From: Eledone cirrhosa
Lineage: Eukaryota
NCBI GenBank assembly: GCA_964016885.1
Contig: OZ024743.1
Span: forward strand, 104,904,001 to 104,968,000
Length of the DNA: 64,000 bases
Direction of reading: 5' to 3'
In this document: positions 1 through 16,899 of the stretch, piece after piece
Numbering within the stretch: position 1 is the first letter of the stretch
Layout: every line of letters starts with the position of its first letter
Translations under genes and position numbers: made by a program
Notes under the pieces: model-generated
Told to the model about the DNA's origin: nothing
Database searches by the model: none
Seen by the model: the letters and a program-made list of their open reading frames with translations, nothing else

Positions 1-82
1 AATAACCGAATGATTTCCAGCTCCGGAGTTTAAGAATGATGTAAATAAAATTGTAAACGAAAATGACAGGTTATTAAAATAG

Positions 83-192
83 TTGTTTCTACTTTTGGCA
101 CAAGGCCAGCAATTACCCAGTACATTACTGGTACTTTATTTTATCGACCCCGTAAGGATGAAAGGCAAAGTTAACCTCGACGGGATTTTAAC
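83..192 (-). mobile_element. tRNA-derived SINE, 3' part (family with CTTTCATCCTTACGGGGTCGATAAAATAAAGTACCAG core)
   Basis: Reverse complement matches the fuller copies at 30204-30392 and 41228-41412. Confidence 0.85.
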
Positions 193-289
193 TTTGCCTT
201 AACATAGTAAAAGTAAATAGTGAAGATTTAGGCCAGTACATACGTATGCGCCGACGAACATACACATACATATACATACGCACACACAA

Positions 290-321
<32 letters not shown>

Positions 322-325
<4 letters not shown>

Positions 326-778
326 GCGCGTCGCGCGAGTGTTAGTAAACCTTATGCATTTCTACAGTATTTTCACCAAACTTAAGACATAGGTTACTTA
401 TGTATTCCGGATGGTCATGGGCACTTTCATTTTCCCAGATATTGATTATAGGGCCTCCCTGCAGATAACCCCTTTTAACCACTTCCTTGGAGTCGACTGA
501 AGCACTGCAGTGCAATGCAAAAAAAAGGTCATAACTTCTGGAGTTCGCAACCGATTTTCACAAAACTTGACACATGGGCTACGTTTGTTTTACAGATGAA
601 TGTGAACTCTCAGAATTGGCACATATTGAGTAGGGGAGCCCTGGGGGCAGGAAACCCCTTTTGGAAAAACCGATGATTTTGTAAAAGTATAGTTTTCGAA
701 GCAGCACTGAAGTATTGACATAAAAGGTATACATAACTGCTATTTAATACCCGAGCAACGCCGGGTACCTCTGCTAGT
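322..778 (+). mobile_element. Non-autonomous Helitron-like element (3' end clear, 5' end uncertain)
   Basis: Subterminal hairpin ACCCGAGCAACGCCGGGT followed by CTAG|T at 774-778; internal repeated TTTTCAC(C/A)AAACTT motifs. Confidence 0.6.
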
Positions 779-890
779 ATAATATATAACTAAAAATATA
801 TAATAAAATAAACCATTTTACACCAGTAAAAACATATAGAACAAATATAAGACAAAATAAAGTTTTTAATCAAACAAAAATGAACAAAAT

Positions 891-1021
891 TTATTAAATA
901 ACACATTAACACATAACAAGCATAAATACTCACACACATATATATTTATATGTACACGCATATATACGTATATATGTGTGTGTGTATATGTATATATACA
1001 TATGTATATGTACATCATATA

Positions 1022-1056
<35 letters not shown>

Positions 1057-1189
1057 GATGTACATATACATATGTATATATACATATACACACACACATA
1101 TATATATATATATATACGTATATATGCGTGTACATATAAATATATATGTGTGTGAGTATTTATGCTTGTTATGTGTTAATGTGTTATTT

Positions 1190-1194
<5 letters not shown>
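891..1194. repeat. Fold-back inverted repeat, ~130 bp arms around a (TA)n centre
   Basis: TTATTAAATAACACATTAACACATAACAAGCATAAATACTC at 891 is mirrored by GAGTATTTATGCTTGTTATGTGTTAATGTGTTATTTAATAA ending ~1194. Confidence 0.9.
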
Positions 1195-1258
<64 letters not shown>

Positions 1259-1292
1259 TATATATATAGAGAGAGATAGATACAAATATATA

Positions 1293-1428
<136 letters not shown>

Positions 1429-1602
1429 ATGAATGATGTACACAAAAACTATTATGAAAATAAATAAAAACTAAAACAACTTATGAAAAAATCAAGAAAT
1501 CGAAGAAGGTGAAAAAGCTGAGGTGAGCAGCATGGCGTTGATGTTGATGTAAAAACAAAACCAAAAAGCAAACGAAAAACGAAATGGAATAAAATAAATG
1601 AT

Positions 1603-1654
<52 letters not shown>

Positions 1655-2002
1655 TAATAACGATAATAATGATATAAGGAAGAGAAGAAATCGAAACAGT
1701 GTTCAATTTACTTTCGAATTTAATTCCGAATGTTTAATTTTGTGAAGCAAAGAGTAGCAATTTTTTTTTGCTTATTTTTGCTTCGTTCTCTTTTAGTTTA
1801 TCGCTTTTAGCTATTTAAATTTGAAAATTGCATGCAGTTAACTACTATGTTAAATCTATCACTTTACTAACATGACTACCTCCTCCTTCCCCCCTCTCTC
1901 TCTTTCTAAATGAGGTCAGCGAAAGTAGGGGTGGTGGTGGTAGCATCTGTGATGACTTTTGAAGTGGCCCGCTACATGCATAAAGACTTTTCTTTGCTAT
2001 TC

Positions 2003-2086
<84 letters not shown>

Positions 2087-2122
2087 ATTAATAAATGGAA
2101 ACTATATTTATAAAACCATATT

Positions 2123-2187
2123 TATTTCATTATACATATTTCAGGGATACCACATTAAATTATGGTATGCCTTCATCAGACAAAATA
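2123..2187 (-). ncRNA. Type I hammerhead ribozyme (family A, Naiad pLTR)
   Basis: Minus strand: TATTTTGT-CTGATGA-AGGCATACCA[loop]TGGTATCCCT-GAAA-TATGT-ATA-ATGAAATA; 8-bp stem I; homologue at 49028 has pairing-preserving changes. Confidence 0.8.
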
Positions 2188-3760
2188 CAATATATAACAG
2201 TTTTACAAATAGGTTTGACGTATCCTTTAAAATACAACCATTACTTTTGGAGGCTGTCTGGATAGTGATTTGTTTATATAATAAGTCATAGTGTTAAGCA
2301 CAATTAGAAAAAGACGGAGAGAAAGAAAAAAGACGGAGAGAGAGAAAAGAACAAAGACAGAGAGAGAGAAAGAAAAGAGAAAGAAAACCTGGAGAAATAT
2401 CGGAGAGAGAGAGAAATGTATGGAGAAAAGAAAGAGATAGATAAAGATAGGAGGAAATAAAAAAGAAAGAAAAGGAAGGAACAAGAAAAACAAAGGAAAG
2501 CAACAGAGAGATATCAAGTCATCATACAGAAAGAAAAACTCAAGAGAGAAACACTGTATAGAGAGAGGGGGGGGGGCAGTGACAACTTTACGTCATGTCA
2601 TATTAATTTGAGTTAACAATTTATATGAAATGAATAATAAAAATAGAAATATAAGTATCAATATTCATGAATGGGACATAGATATATAATATGAGAAATT
2701 AAACATTGTTCAATAATGACCATATGTTTAGTTTAGAAACTTGAGATCAATATACCAAAATCCGAGTTCAAAATGTACCCTTGTTATAGAGATTAGTATT
2801 TTATGCAAAGACACAGATATATATGTATATATACATACATATAGATACGCACGTCCTGAAAATAGAAATTATGTTTACTCAAGCCAACAATATAGCCATA
2901 CAAAACGTAAATGATTTCTCTTAATCACTGCTATACACTCATTGTGTTATAAAAATTTCACAGTATATATATACAAATATATACGATTAACAATCATGTC
3001 CTCATATATACGATTACCATTCATGTGTTTAATATTATGCACATCTGCAACATACCTCTCAACCATAGATATATACACATACATATATACACATACATAT
3101 GTATAAATAAATATTTGCGTGCGTCCTCATGCATCACTCATGTATATATACAGACACATATACAAACACAAAAAATCTATAACACTTTCTATGCATGTTA
3201 ATACACACATATGCATTTGTATAGAGATAATCCAATATCATTAAATTACCAAAGGATAATAATTTGTAAATATAACCATAACAATACAAATTTAAAATAC
3301 CAAAGGAATATATTTTGGAAATGCAACTATATAGTCAAAAGAAATCTAGAAATATCAAAGCATTAAATATCATTAAAACACTATAGAGTATTTTAAGTTA
3401 AAATAATATGTTTTATATATTTAGTATAGACATTTATCCTACGTATATCTCAATCAAGATATTGAGAGGGTAGACTTGTGAAAGTTATGAGAAAGTCATA
3501 ATCAAAACAAATAAATAAAAATAATTTAAAAGATTTAAAAAATTTAAAAAACCCAATGATTCTACAGATAACCTTATATTTAATATAGAAATTTACCGTA
3601 CGTATATTTTATTTAATACATTGGAAGTATAGACATTTTAGAGTAGTATATTATATCTATGTTTATATTTAGGAAGAAAGTTTAAAAAGAAAAAGGTGAA
3701 GGAATCTAATGGATTATCGACAGGTTCCATATATTAACTAAAATTACTTAATTAATTATA

Positions 3761-5977
3761 CTACATTTTAAATTTATATTTATATTTAAACGTTGAGTTC
3801 AATCTATGTCTGCAGCAACTGAATAAATTGTTCCTCAGATTAAGGGAATTTTTGGACCTTAATATAAAGAATATTTCTTCAATACAAAGATCACAATTTT
3901 CTGAAGAGGAATTAAAAGGAGTAGCTTGTGAAATAATATTCCAATTCAACGAATACTTAATATTATCTCGTTTTAGGTCCCATAGTAGGCTAGATAGCGA
4001 AGTTGAAGATTTTTTGTTTGGATCTGTGAAAGAATTCTTATGATTATTGAAGCGAAATTTAAATTCTGTAGAGGTGGAACCAACATAGTTAAATGAATTT
4101 AAATTAGTTTTAACATTACAATTGTACACTACATTTTTAGCTAAGCAGTTGTTACTTAACGGACAGTTAGATTTATTTCTACAGTTACAGTTATTTAATT
4201 GAATATTGTTTGGGTTATTATTGGTATTTTGGTTAGGTTTTAAATTCCTATTATTAATTCTATTAATATTTTGTGCTAAATTTTTGGTGGACGCGTAAGT
4301 TAATTTTATAGTGTGTCTATTAAAAATTGAGTGATATTTATGTGTTCTAGGGAAGCGTGTGTCAAGAGCTTTAAAGAATAGTTTAGCAATAGGGGTTTTA
4401 ATATTTAGTGAGAAAGGGGGAGCAAACCATAATATATTTCTAGTTCTATTTCTTTTTCGGCTTTTGGAATTATTGTAATGTTTTCTATTATAGTTGTTAA
4501 AGTTGTTACCGTAATTGAAATTGTTATTATTTTGGTTAGTTTGCTTATTATTATTATTATCGATGTATTTAATTTTATTTCTATATCCAGCTCTAGCTAA
4601 TGCATCGTTGTAATACTGCGCTTTTTCAACAAATATATTTTTATTAGATGAAATTCTTGAAATTCGTTCTTGAACAGAGTTCACTATAGTATTTTTAACA
4701 GATCTGGGGTGATTAGAGTTAAAGTTGACATAATTTAAGTTCTCATTTAGTTTGTGAAATGGATAATGAAGACATGTGTTGATATTTAGTGTTACATCAA
4801 GAAAATTGACTATTTTATGGTTATTCTCTATTTCTATTTTTAGATTAAGGTAATTAAAAAATTGTATAATTTGTTTTCTTTTTCTGTTTAGTTCACAGCT
4901 ATTATCTTCTATAAGTAAAAGCATGTCATCACGATATAATCCTCCGGTTACACCTGGTATTTTTCTATGTAGCGAATTAATTATAAATAGGCCCACAAGG
5001 TCCGTTACCTGAGCTGAGTCTGATGATACCATAGTTATGTCGAAATTATTATTTCTATCTGCCCTAGTCCAGAGTTGGTTATTAAATTCTATCAATGTTT
5101 TCCTTGCCGATAATATAATGTGCATTTCATTGCTAGTTAGGTCAGTATGTTTAAATGCGTAATTTAGTGCCTTATTCAGTAGATCAGGAGTGATAGATGA
5201 ATAGTAGTTAGCAATATCCAGCTGAATAAACTTATTATTACAGTTATATTTAATTTCTTTAAACCAATCAATAACCTCACTAGTCCCTTTCCATAATTTT
5301 AAGTAAGATAAATTAGGTAAGTTTATAATTTGTTGTATTACCCTGTCTAGAATATTTTTGCTAAGTTTTCCCAGGTCAGATTTGGATGGTGCAATTAATC
5401 CGACTGGTAAATCATTTTCAAAGTTTCTTTTGTGATCCTTCATATTGATCTTGGGTTTCCTAGGCATGAAGGGTTGTGTTTTATTCTCAATGTCTAATTC
5501 ATGCATTATACAAGATGCATCTGTATTCATTTTTTCTAGTTCATCCTTACTTGCTACCTTGTACTTTTTCCTTAGTTCTTTCAATATAAGGTCGTTATAC
5601 ATGTCCTTGTGTACTCCATAAAGGTTATTAGTTTTGTCCGACTTCACTAAAATTTTCTCTGTTTTCTCCAGGTTTTCAATATTATCCTTAATACATCTTA
5701 AGTAGTCCTGGCCTTTGAAGTTTCTCTTGAATTTGATGCCTTGGATGATAGATACTATATCGTTTTCAAAATCCATTAGTAGTTTGTTGGGGGGTGGATT
5801 TTTTTTAGATTTGAAAATTTTATCCAGATTTGAAACATTTTCATTTAGATTAGATTTATCAAAGTGGAAAGCACGCCACCTGATTCTTCTTATAAAAGAG
5901 TCTGATTTTTCTATTAATTGTTTAATAAAATCTTTGTTCCTAGGTAGAGGTATGTCTTTTAGAGAAGAAGAGATCTT
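3761..5977 (-). CDS. PLE (Naiad-type) reverse transcriptase + C-terminal GIY-YIG endonuclease; start codon missing
   Basis: [87 protein letters not shown]. The ORF-track extension to 6157 is (TA)n read-through. Confidence 0.9.
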   Translation of the reverse strand, partial: KISSSLKDIPLPRNKDFIKQLIEKSDSFIRRIRWRAFHFDKSNLNENVSNLDKIFKSKKNPPPNKLLMDFENDIVSIIQGIKFKRNFKGQDYLRCIKDNIENLEKTEKILVKSDKTNNLYGVHKDMYNDLILKELRKKYKVASKDELEKMNTDASCIMHELDIENKTQPFMPRKPKINMKDHKRNFENDLPVGLIAPSKSDLGKLSKNILDRVIQQIINLPNLSYLKLWKGTSEVIDWFKEIKYNCNNKFIQLDIANYYSSITPDLLNKALNYAFKHTDLTSNEMHIILSARKTLIEFNNQLWTRADRNNNFDITMVSSDSAQVTDLVGLFIINSLHRKIPGVTGGLYRDDMLLLIEDNSCELNRKRKQIIQFFNYLNLKIEIENNHKIVNFLDVTLNINTCLHYPFHKLNENLNYVNFNSNHPRSVKNTIVNSVQERISRISSNKNIFVEKAQYYNDALARAGYRNKIKYIDNNNNKQTNQNNNNFNYGNNFNNYNRKHYNNSKSRKRNRTRNILWFAPPFSLNIKTPIAKLFFKALDTRFPRTHKYHSIFNRHTIKLTYASTKNLAQNINRINNRNLKPNQNTNNNPNNIQLNNCNCRNKSNCPLSNNCLAKNVVYNCNVKTNLNSFNYVGSTSTEFKFRFNNHKNSFTDPNKKSSTSLSSLLWDLKRDNIKYSLNWNIISQATPFNSSSENCDLCIEEIFFILRSKNSLNLRNNLFSCCRHRLNSTFKYKYKFKM

Positions 5978-5979
5978 AT

Positions 5980-8400
<2,421 letters not shown>

Positions 8401-8894
8401 ACCTCAAGCAAAGCAATAAATCCCCTAAAATCAAGAGGCTACTGATAAGAGAAAAGGAAAAGATAGAGAGAATATAAGTCAAGGTGAGAGAGGCTGGCGA
8501 TTGATAGCGTTTTTGAAATTTACCATATTATAGTGGTCAGAAAAGCAAAAATTTCGAAAGAAAATTCCATAGGTGAGATGTGCGAGGGAAGAAACTAGCA
8601 GAATAAAATTTGCGATTGCATGTAGGAACTTCAATTGTAAATACATGAGGCCTAGCCGCCAATCTAGTGCTCCGTTTAAAATCGTGAAGATGGGGGCAAC
8701 AAAGAAGAAAGATCATCAGAACAATGGCCGTGAAATATTTTCATAAAATAGGTAAATTAGAATTAGAAAAGAAAATATGAAGAGATAAGAAAAATGAATT
8801 AAAAGCGTAGGAACGATTCTAAGTTGGAGATAAAATGTCGATAGAATGGCTACATCCTGAGTTTGTTTGTGTGTATGTGTTTGTCTATGTATGA

Positions 8895-9342
8895 GAACGA
8901 ATTGGTGAGTGAGTGCATGTGAGTGTGAGTGTGTGCATGTGATTGTGAGAGAGATGGGCAAGAGAAGATTGGTGAGTGTGTGCATGTGAGTGTGAGTGTG
9001 TCAGTGAGAGTGGGAGAGACAGAGCAAAATAGGATTGGTGAGTGCATGCATGTGAGTTTGTCAATGAGAGTGGGAGAGGATTGGTTAGTGTGTGCATGGG
9101 AGTGTGTGAGTGAGAGTAGGAGGGACGGGGAAAGAGAAGATTGGTGAATGTGTGCATGTGAGTGTGGGTGTATGAGTGAGAGTAGGAGGGACGGGGAAAG
9201 AGAAGATTGGTGAATGTGTGCATGTGAGTGTGGGTGTATGAGTGAGAGTAGGAAGGACGGGGAAAGAGAAGATTGGTGAATGTGTGCATGTGTATGTGAG
9301 CATGTGTATGTGAGCATGTGTATGTGAGCATGTGTATGTGAG
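8895..9342. repeat. 66-bp minisatellite plus GT-rich 14-mer repeats
   Basis: GAGTAGG recurs at 9114, 9180 and 9246; GTGTATGTGAGCAT repeats at ~9288-9342. Confidence 0.85.
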
Positions 9343-9764
9343 GGTCTTTGTGGTATACTTATTCGTGAAGGCCTGAATGTGTGTATGAGTGCCTGTGTTG
9401 AATTTTTTGTTTGTGAAGGGGTGTGTAGGCGTGTATGTGTGTGAGTATGCGTGTATGTGTGTGTATCTTTCTGGGATGTTTGTGATGATGTGAGTGTGTG
9501 TTTCTGTGCATGTGTGTCTTACTGTGTCTGCCTGTGATATGTTTGTTCATGACGGCGTGTGCGTGTATGGTGACATGTGTGTGTGTGGCAGTGGTATGTA
9601 TATTTGCGAAAGGAGTGAGTGTGAAGGGCAACATTAAGATGACCAGAAAGCTGAACTATTTAATGCTCAAATATCAAATCAATGACGTTAATAGACACTG
9701 TAGGAGTTCTTTAGTCACTCCTCAGCTTTTTCCTCTTATATTTTCTAACATTGACACCACTCTC

Positions 9765-10450
9765 ACCTTCACCATCACCATCCTCATCATCACCACCACC
9801 ACCACCACCACCACCACCACGACAACACCAACCACCACGACAACACCAACCACCACCACCACCACCACCACCACCATCACCACCACCACCACCACCACCA
9901 CCACCACCACCACCACCACCACCACCACCACCACCACCACCACCACCACCACCACCACCACCACCACCACGACAACACCAACCACCACGACAACACCAAC
10001 CACCACGACAGCACCAACCACCATCACCACCAACCACCATCACCACCACCACCACCACCACCACCACCACCACCAACACGACAACACCAACCACCACGAC
10101 AACACCAACCACTATCATCACCGCCATCACCACGACAACACCAACCACCATCATCACCGCCAGTGCCACCACTAAAGCCACCACTGCCTCCGTTCCCACC
10201 ATCATCACCTCCACTAACAGCATCACGACGATACGACGACCATCACCACCAACACCACCACCACCACCACCACCACCACCACCACCACCACCACCACCAC
10301 CACCACCACCACTACCACCACCATCAACACCACCACAGGCAACACCACCACCGACATCACCACCAACGCTACCATCACCAAAGCCACAACCGCTAAATTC
10401 TCCATCACCAATACATTTAGTAATGTCACCCCTCCAATAATAATACCCCC

Positions 10451-10481
<31 letters not shown>

Positions 10482-10710
10482 CTTCTTCTTCTTCTTCTTC
10501 TTCTTCTTCTTCTTCTTCTTCTTCTTCTTCTTCTTCTTCTTCTTCTTCTTCTTCTCCTGCTCCTCCTCCTGCCTGTCCTCTTCTTCTTCTTCTTCTTCTT
10601 CTTCTTCTTCTTCTTCTTCTTCTTCTTCTTCTTCTTCTTCTTCTTCTTCTTCTTCTTCTTCTTCTTCTTCTTCTTCTTCTTCTTCTTCTTCTTCTTCTTC
10701 TTCTTCTTCA
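9765..10710. repeat. (CAC)n and (CTT)n microsatellite block
   Basis: Direct reading of the sequence. Confidence 0.95.
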
Positions 10711-10854
10711 TTTCAACGTATTAAAACTTTGATCGAAATGTAAACGAATGTAGAATTATGTTCGCTATCACCGTTACGAATGGCTGTAGGCTGTTTATTG
10801 CTCATTGAAATTGCTAATTATTAGCATAGAACAACAGCGACTGTAAAAACAAAT

Positions 10855-13800
10855 ACAGTTGCAACAACAATAACAGCAACAACAACTACAGTTGCAACAA
10901 CAATAACAGCAACAACTACTACAGTTGCAACAACAATAACAGCAACAACAACTACAGTTGCAACAACAATAACAGCAACAACAACTACAGTTGCAACAAC
11001 AATAACAGCAACAACTACTACAGTTGCAACAATAATAACAGCAACAACTACTACAGTTGCAACAACAATAACAGCAACAACTACTACAGTTGCAACAACA
11101 ATAACAGCAACAACTACTACAGTTGCAACAACAATAACAGCAACAACTACTACAGTTGCAACAACAATAACAGCAACAACTACTACAGTTGCAACAACAA
11201 TAACAGGAACAACTACAGTTGCAACAACAATAACAGTAACAACTACTACAGTTGCAACAACAATAACAGCAACAACAACTACAGTTGCAACAACAATAAC
11301 AGCAACAACAACTACAGTTGCAACAACAATAACAGCAACAACTACTACAGTTGCAACAACAATAACAGCAACAACAACAACTACAGTTGCAACAACAATA
11401 ACAGCAACAACAACTACAGTTGCAACAACAATAACAGCAACAACAACTACAGTTGCAACAACAATAACAGCAACAACAACTACAGTTGCAACAACAATAA
11501 CAGCAACAACTACTACAGTTGCAACAACAATAACAGCAACAACAACTACAGTTGCAACAACAATAACAGCAACAACAACTACAGTTGCAACAACAATAAC
11601 AGCAACAACTACTACAGTTGCAACAACAATAACAGCAACAACAACTACAGTTGCAACAACAATAACAGCAACAACTACTACAGTTGCAACAACAATAACA
11701 GCAACAACTACTACAGTTGCAACAACAATAACAGCAACAACAACTACAGTTGCAACAACAATAACAGCAACAACAACTACAGTTGCAACAACAATAACAG
11801 CAACAACAACTACAGTTGCAACAACAATAACAGCAACAACTACTACAGTTGCAACAACAATAACAGCAACAACATCTACAGTTGCAACAACAATAACAGC
11901 AACAACTACTACAGTTGCAACAACAATAACAGCAACAACTACTACAGTTGCAACAACAATAACAGCAACAACTACTACAGTTGCAACAACAATAACAGCA
12001 ACAACAACTACAGTTGCAACAACAATAACAGCAACAACAACTACAGTTGCAACAACAATAACGGCAACAACAACTACAGTTGCAACAACAATAACAGCAA
12101 CAACTACTACAGTTGCAACAACAATAACAGCAACAACAAATACAGTTGCAACAACAATAACAGCAACAACTACTACAGTTGCAACAACAATAACAGCAAC
12201 AACTACTACAGTTGCAACAACAATAACAGCAACAACAACTACAGTTGCAACAACAATAACAGCAACAACAACTACAGTTGCAACAACAATAACAGCAACA
12301 ACAACTACAGTTTCAACAACAATAACAGCAACAACTACTACAGTTGCAACAACAATAACAGCAACAACAATTACAGTTGCAACAACAATAACAGCAACAA
12401 CAACTACAGTTGCAACAACAATAACAGCAACAACAACTACAGTTGCAACAACAATAACAGCAACAACTACTACAGTTGCAACAACAATAACAGCAACAAC
12501 AACTACAGTTGCAACAACAATAACAGCAACAACAACTACAGTTGCAACGACAATAACAGCAACAGCAACTACAGTTGCAACGACAATAACAGCAACAACA
12601 ACTACAGTTGCAACGACAATAACAGCAACAGCAACTACAGTTGCAACGACAATAACAGCAACAACTACTACAGTTGCAACAACAATAACAGCAACAACTA
12701 CTACAGTTGCAACAACAATAACAGCAACAACAACTACAGTTGCAACAACAATAACAGCAACAACTACTACAGTTGCAACAACAATAACAGCAACAACTAC
12801 TACAGTTGCAACAACAATAACAGCAACAACTACTACAGTTGCAACAACAATAACAGCAACAACTACTACAGTTGCAACAACAATAACAGCAACAACTACT
12901 ACAGTTGCAACAACAATAACAGCAACAACTACTACAGTTGCAACAACAATAACAGCAACAACAACTACAGTTGCAACAACAATAACAGCAACAACAACTA
13001 CAGTTGCAACAACAATAACAGCAACAACTACTACAGTTGCAACAACAATAACAGCAACAACAACTACAGTTGCAACAACAATAACAGCAACAACTACTAT
13101 AGTTGCAACAACAATAACAGCAACAACTACTACAGTTGCAACAACAATAACAGCAACAACAACTACAGTTGCAACAACAATAACAGCAACAACTACTACA
13201 GTTGCAACAACAATAACAGCAACAACTACTACAGTTGCAACAACAATAACAGCAACAACTACTACAGTTGCAACAACAATAACAGCAACAACAACTACAG
13301 TTGCAACAACAATAACAGCAACAACTACTACAGTTGCAACAACAATAACAGCAACAACAACTACAGTTGCAACAACAATAACATCAACAACAACTACAGT
13401 TGCAACAACAATAACAGCAACAACAACTACAGTTGCAACAACAATAACAGCAACAATAACTACAGTTGCAACAACAATAACAGCAACAACAACTACAGTT
13501 GCAACAACAATAACAGCAACAACTACAGTTGCAACAACAATAACAGCAACAACAACTACAGTTGCAACAACAATAACAGCAACAACAACTACAGTTGCAA
13601 CAACAATAACAGCAACAACAACTACAGTTGCAACAACAATAACAGCAACAACTACTACAGTTGCAACAACAATAACAGCAACAACAACTACAGTTGCAAC
13701 AACAATAACAGCAACAACAACTACAGTTGCAACAACAATAACAGCAACAACTACTACAGTTGCAACAACAATAACAGCAACAACTACTACAGTTGCAACA

Positions 13801-16127
13801 ACAATAACAGCAACAACAACTACAGTTGCAACAACAATAACAGCAACAACAACTACAGTTGCAACAACAATAACAGCAACAACAACTACAGTTGCAACAA
13901 CAATAACAGCAACAACAACTACAGTTGCAACAACAATAACAGCAACAACAACTACAGTTGCAACAACAATAACAGCAACAACAACTACAGTTGCAACAAC
14001 AATAACAGCAACAACAACTACAGTTGCAACAACAATAACAGCAACAACAACTACAGTTGCAACAACAATAACAGCAACAACAACTACAGTTGCAACAACA
14101 ATAACAGCAACAACTACTACAGTTGCAACAACAATAACAGCAACAACAACTACAGTTGCAACAACAATAACAGCAACAACAACTACAGTTGCAACAACAA
14201 TAACAGCAACAACTACTACAGTTGCAACAACAATAACAGCAACAACAACTACAGTTGCAACAACAATAACAGCAACAACAACTACAGTTGCAACAACAAT
14301 AACAGCAACAACTACTACAGTTGCAACAACAATAACAGCAACAACAACTACAGTTGCAACAACAACAACAGCAACAACAACTACAGTTGCAACAACAATA
14401 ACAGCAACAACTACTACAGTTGCAACAACAATAACAGCAACAACTACTACAGTTGCAACAACAATAACAGCAACAACAACTACAGTTGCAACAACAATAA
14501 CAGCAACAACAACTACAGTTGCAACAACAATAACAGCAACAACTACTACAGTTGCAACAACAATAACAGCAACAACAACTACAGTTGCATCAACAATAAC
14601 AGCAACAACAACTACAGTTGCAACAACAATAACAGCAACAACTACTACAGTTGCAACAACAATAACAGCAACAACTACTACAGTTGCAACAACAATAACA
14701 GCAACAACAACTACAGTTGAAACAACAATAACAGCAACAACAACTACAGTTGCAACAACAATAACAGTAACAACTACTACAGTTGCAACAACAATAACAG
14801 CAACAACAACTACAGTTGCAACAACAATAACAGCAACAACAACTACAGTTGCAACAACAATAACAGCAACAACTACTACAGTTGCAACAACAATAACAGC
14901 AACAACAACAACTACAGTTGCAACAACAATAACAGCAACAACAACTACAGTTGCAACAACAATAACAGCAACAACAACTACAGTTGCAACAACAATAACA
15001 GCAACAACAACTACAGTTGCAACAACAATAACAGCAACAACTACTACAGTTGCAACAACAATAACAGCAACAACAACTACAGTTGCAACAACAATAACAG
15101 CAACAACAACTACAGTTGCAACAACAATAACAGCAACAACTACTACAGTTGCAACAACAATAACAGCAACAACAACTACAGTTGCAACAACAATAACAGC
15201 AACAACAACTACAGTTGCAACAACAATAACAGCAACAACTACTACAGTTGCAACAACAATAACAGCAACAACTACTACAGTTGCAACAACAATAACAGCA
15301 ACAACAACTACAGTTGCAACAACAATAACAGCAACAACAACTACAGTTGCAACAACAATAACAGCAACAACAACTACAGTTGCAACAACAATAACAGCAA
15401 CAACTACTACAGTTGCAACAACAATAACAGCAACAACATCTACAGTTGCAACAACAATAACAGCAACAACAACTACAGTTGCAACAACAATAACAGCAAC
15501 AACTACTACAGTTGCAACAACAATAACAGCAACAACTACTACAGTTGCAACAACAATAACAGAAACAACTACTACAGTTGCAACAACAATAACAGCAACA
15601 ACAACTACAGTTGCAACAACAATAACAGCAACAACAACTACAGTTGCAACAACAATAACAGCAACAACTACTACAGTTGCAACAACAATAACAGCATCAA
15701 CAACTACAGTTGCAACAACAATAACAGCAACAACAACTACAGTTGCAACAACAATAACAGCAACAACTACTACAGTTGCAACAACAATAACAGCAACAAC
15801 AACTACAGTTGCAACAACAATAACAGCAACAACAACTACAGTTGCAACAACAATAACAGCAACAACTACTACAGTTGCAACAACAATAACAGCAACAACT
15901 ACTACAGTTGCAACAACAATAACAGCAACAACAACTACAGTTGCAACAACAATAACAGCAACAACTACTACAGTTGCAACAACAATAACAGCAACAACTA
16001 CTACAGTTGCAACAACAATAACAGCAACAACAACTACAGTTGCAACAACAATAACATCAACAACAACTACATTTGCAACAACAATAACAGCAACAACTTC
16101 TACAGTTGCAACAACAATAACAGCAAC
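10855..16127. repeat. Tandem array of a 33-bp unit ACAGTTGCAACAACAATAACAGCAACAAC(A/T)ACT, ~160 copies
   Basis: ACAGTT recurs every 33 bp (10855, 10888, 10921...); two main variants; occasional 30- or 36-bp units. Confidence 0.97.
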
Positions 16128-16145
16128 ACCACCACGACCACCACC

Positions 16146-16176
<31 letters not shown>

Positions 16177-16875
16177 CAACACCACCACTACAACAACCAC
16201 ACCAACAACAACGCCAGCACCACCACTACCACCACAACCACCACCACTACAACAACCACACCAACAACAACGCCAGCAGCACCACCACCACCACAACCAC
16301 CACCACCGACAACAACAACCCAACACCACCACTACAACAACCACACCAACAACAACGCCAGCAACAGAACCACCACCACAACCACCACCACCGACAACAA
16401 CAACACAACACCACCACTACAACAACCACACCAACAACAACGCCAGCAACAGCGCCACCACAACTACCACCACCGACAACAACAGCGCAACACGACCACC
16501 ACAACAAACCACACCACCAACAACGCCAGCAACACCATCACCACCGCCACCACCACCACCACCACCACCACCACCACCTCCGACAACAACAACACAACTA
16601 CACCACAAAAACCACACCACCATCGCCAGTAGTAGCACCACCATCACCGCCAACAACAAAACTACACCACAACAACAACAAAACTACACCACAACAACAA
16701 CACTACACCACAACAACCACCACCACCACCAACATCACAAAAAACAAAATTCCACCAACAAGAAATCAACCACAAAATAAACAAAACCACAAAACAACAA
16801 CCGCAACAACAATGCTTACAACAACAACCACAACTAAACAACAACAACGACCACCATAACAACGACAGCAACAGC
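16128..16875. repeat. Degenerate CAC/CAA low-complexity repeat
   Basis: Direct reading of the sequence. Confidence 0.9.
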
Positions 16876-16899
16876 AGAAATATAAACAACTACAAAGTC

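Larger units (their letters stand above)
2083..5977 (-). mobile_element. Naiad-type Penelope-like retroelement, near full length, flanked by (TA)n
   Basis: RT+GIY-YIG ORF, ~1.6 kb 3' region, HHR near the 3' end, (TA)n at both ends. Confidence 0.88.

Noticed and set aside
10855-16127. CRISPR-like array or Cys-rich protein on the minus strand
   Set aside because: No unique spacers and a eukaryotic context; the Cys frame is broken by TGA variants (e.g. near 13384 and 16057).
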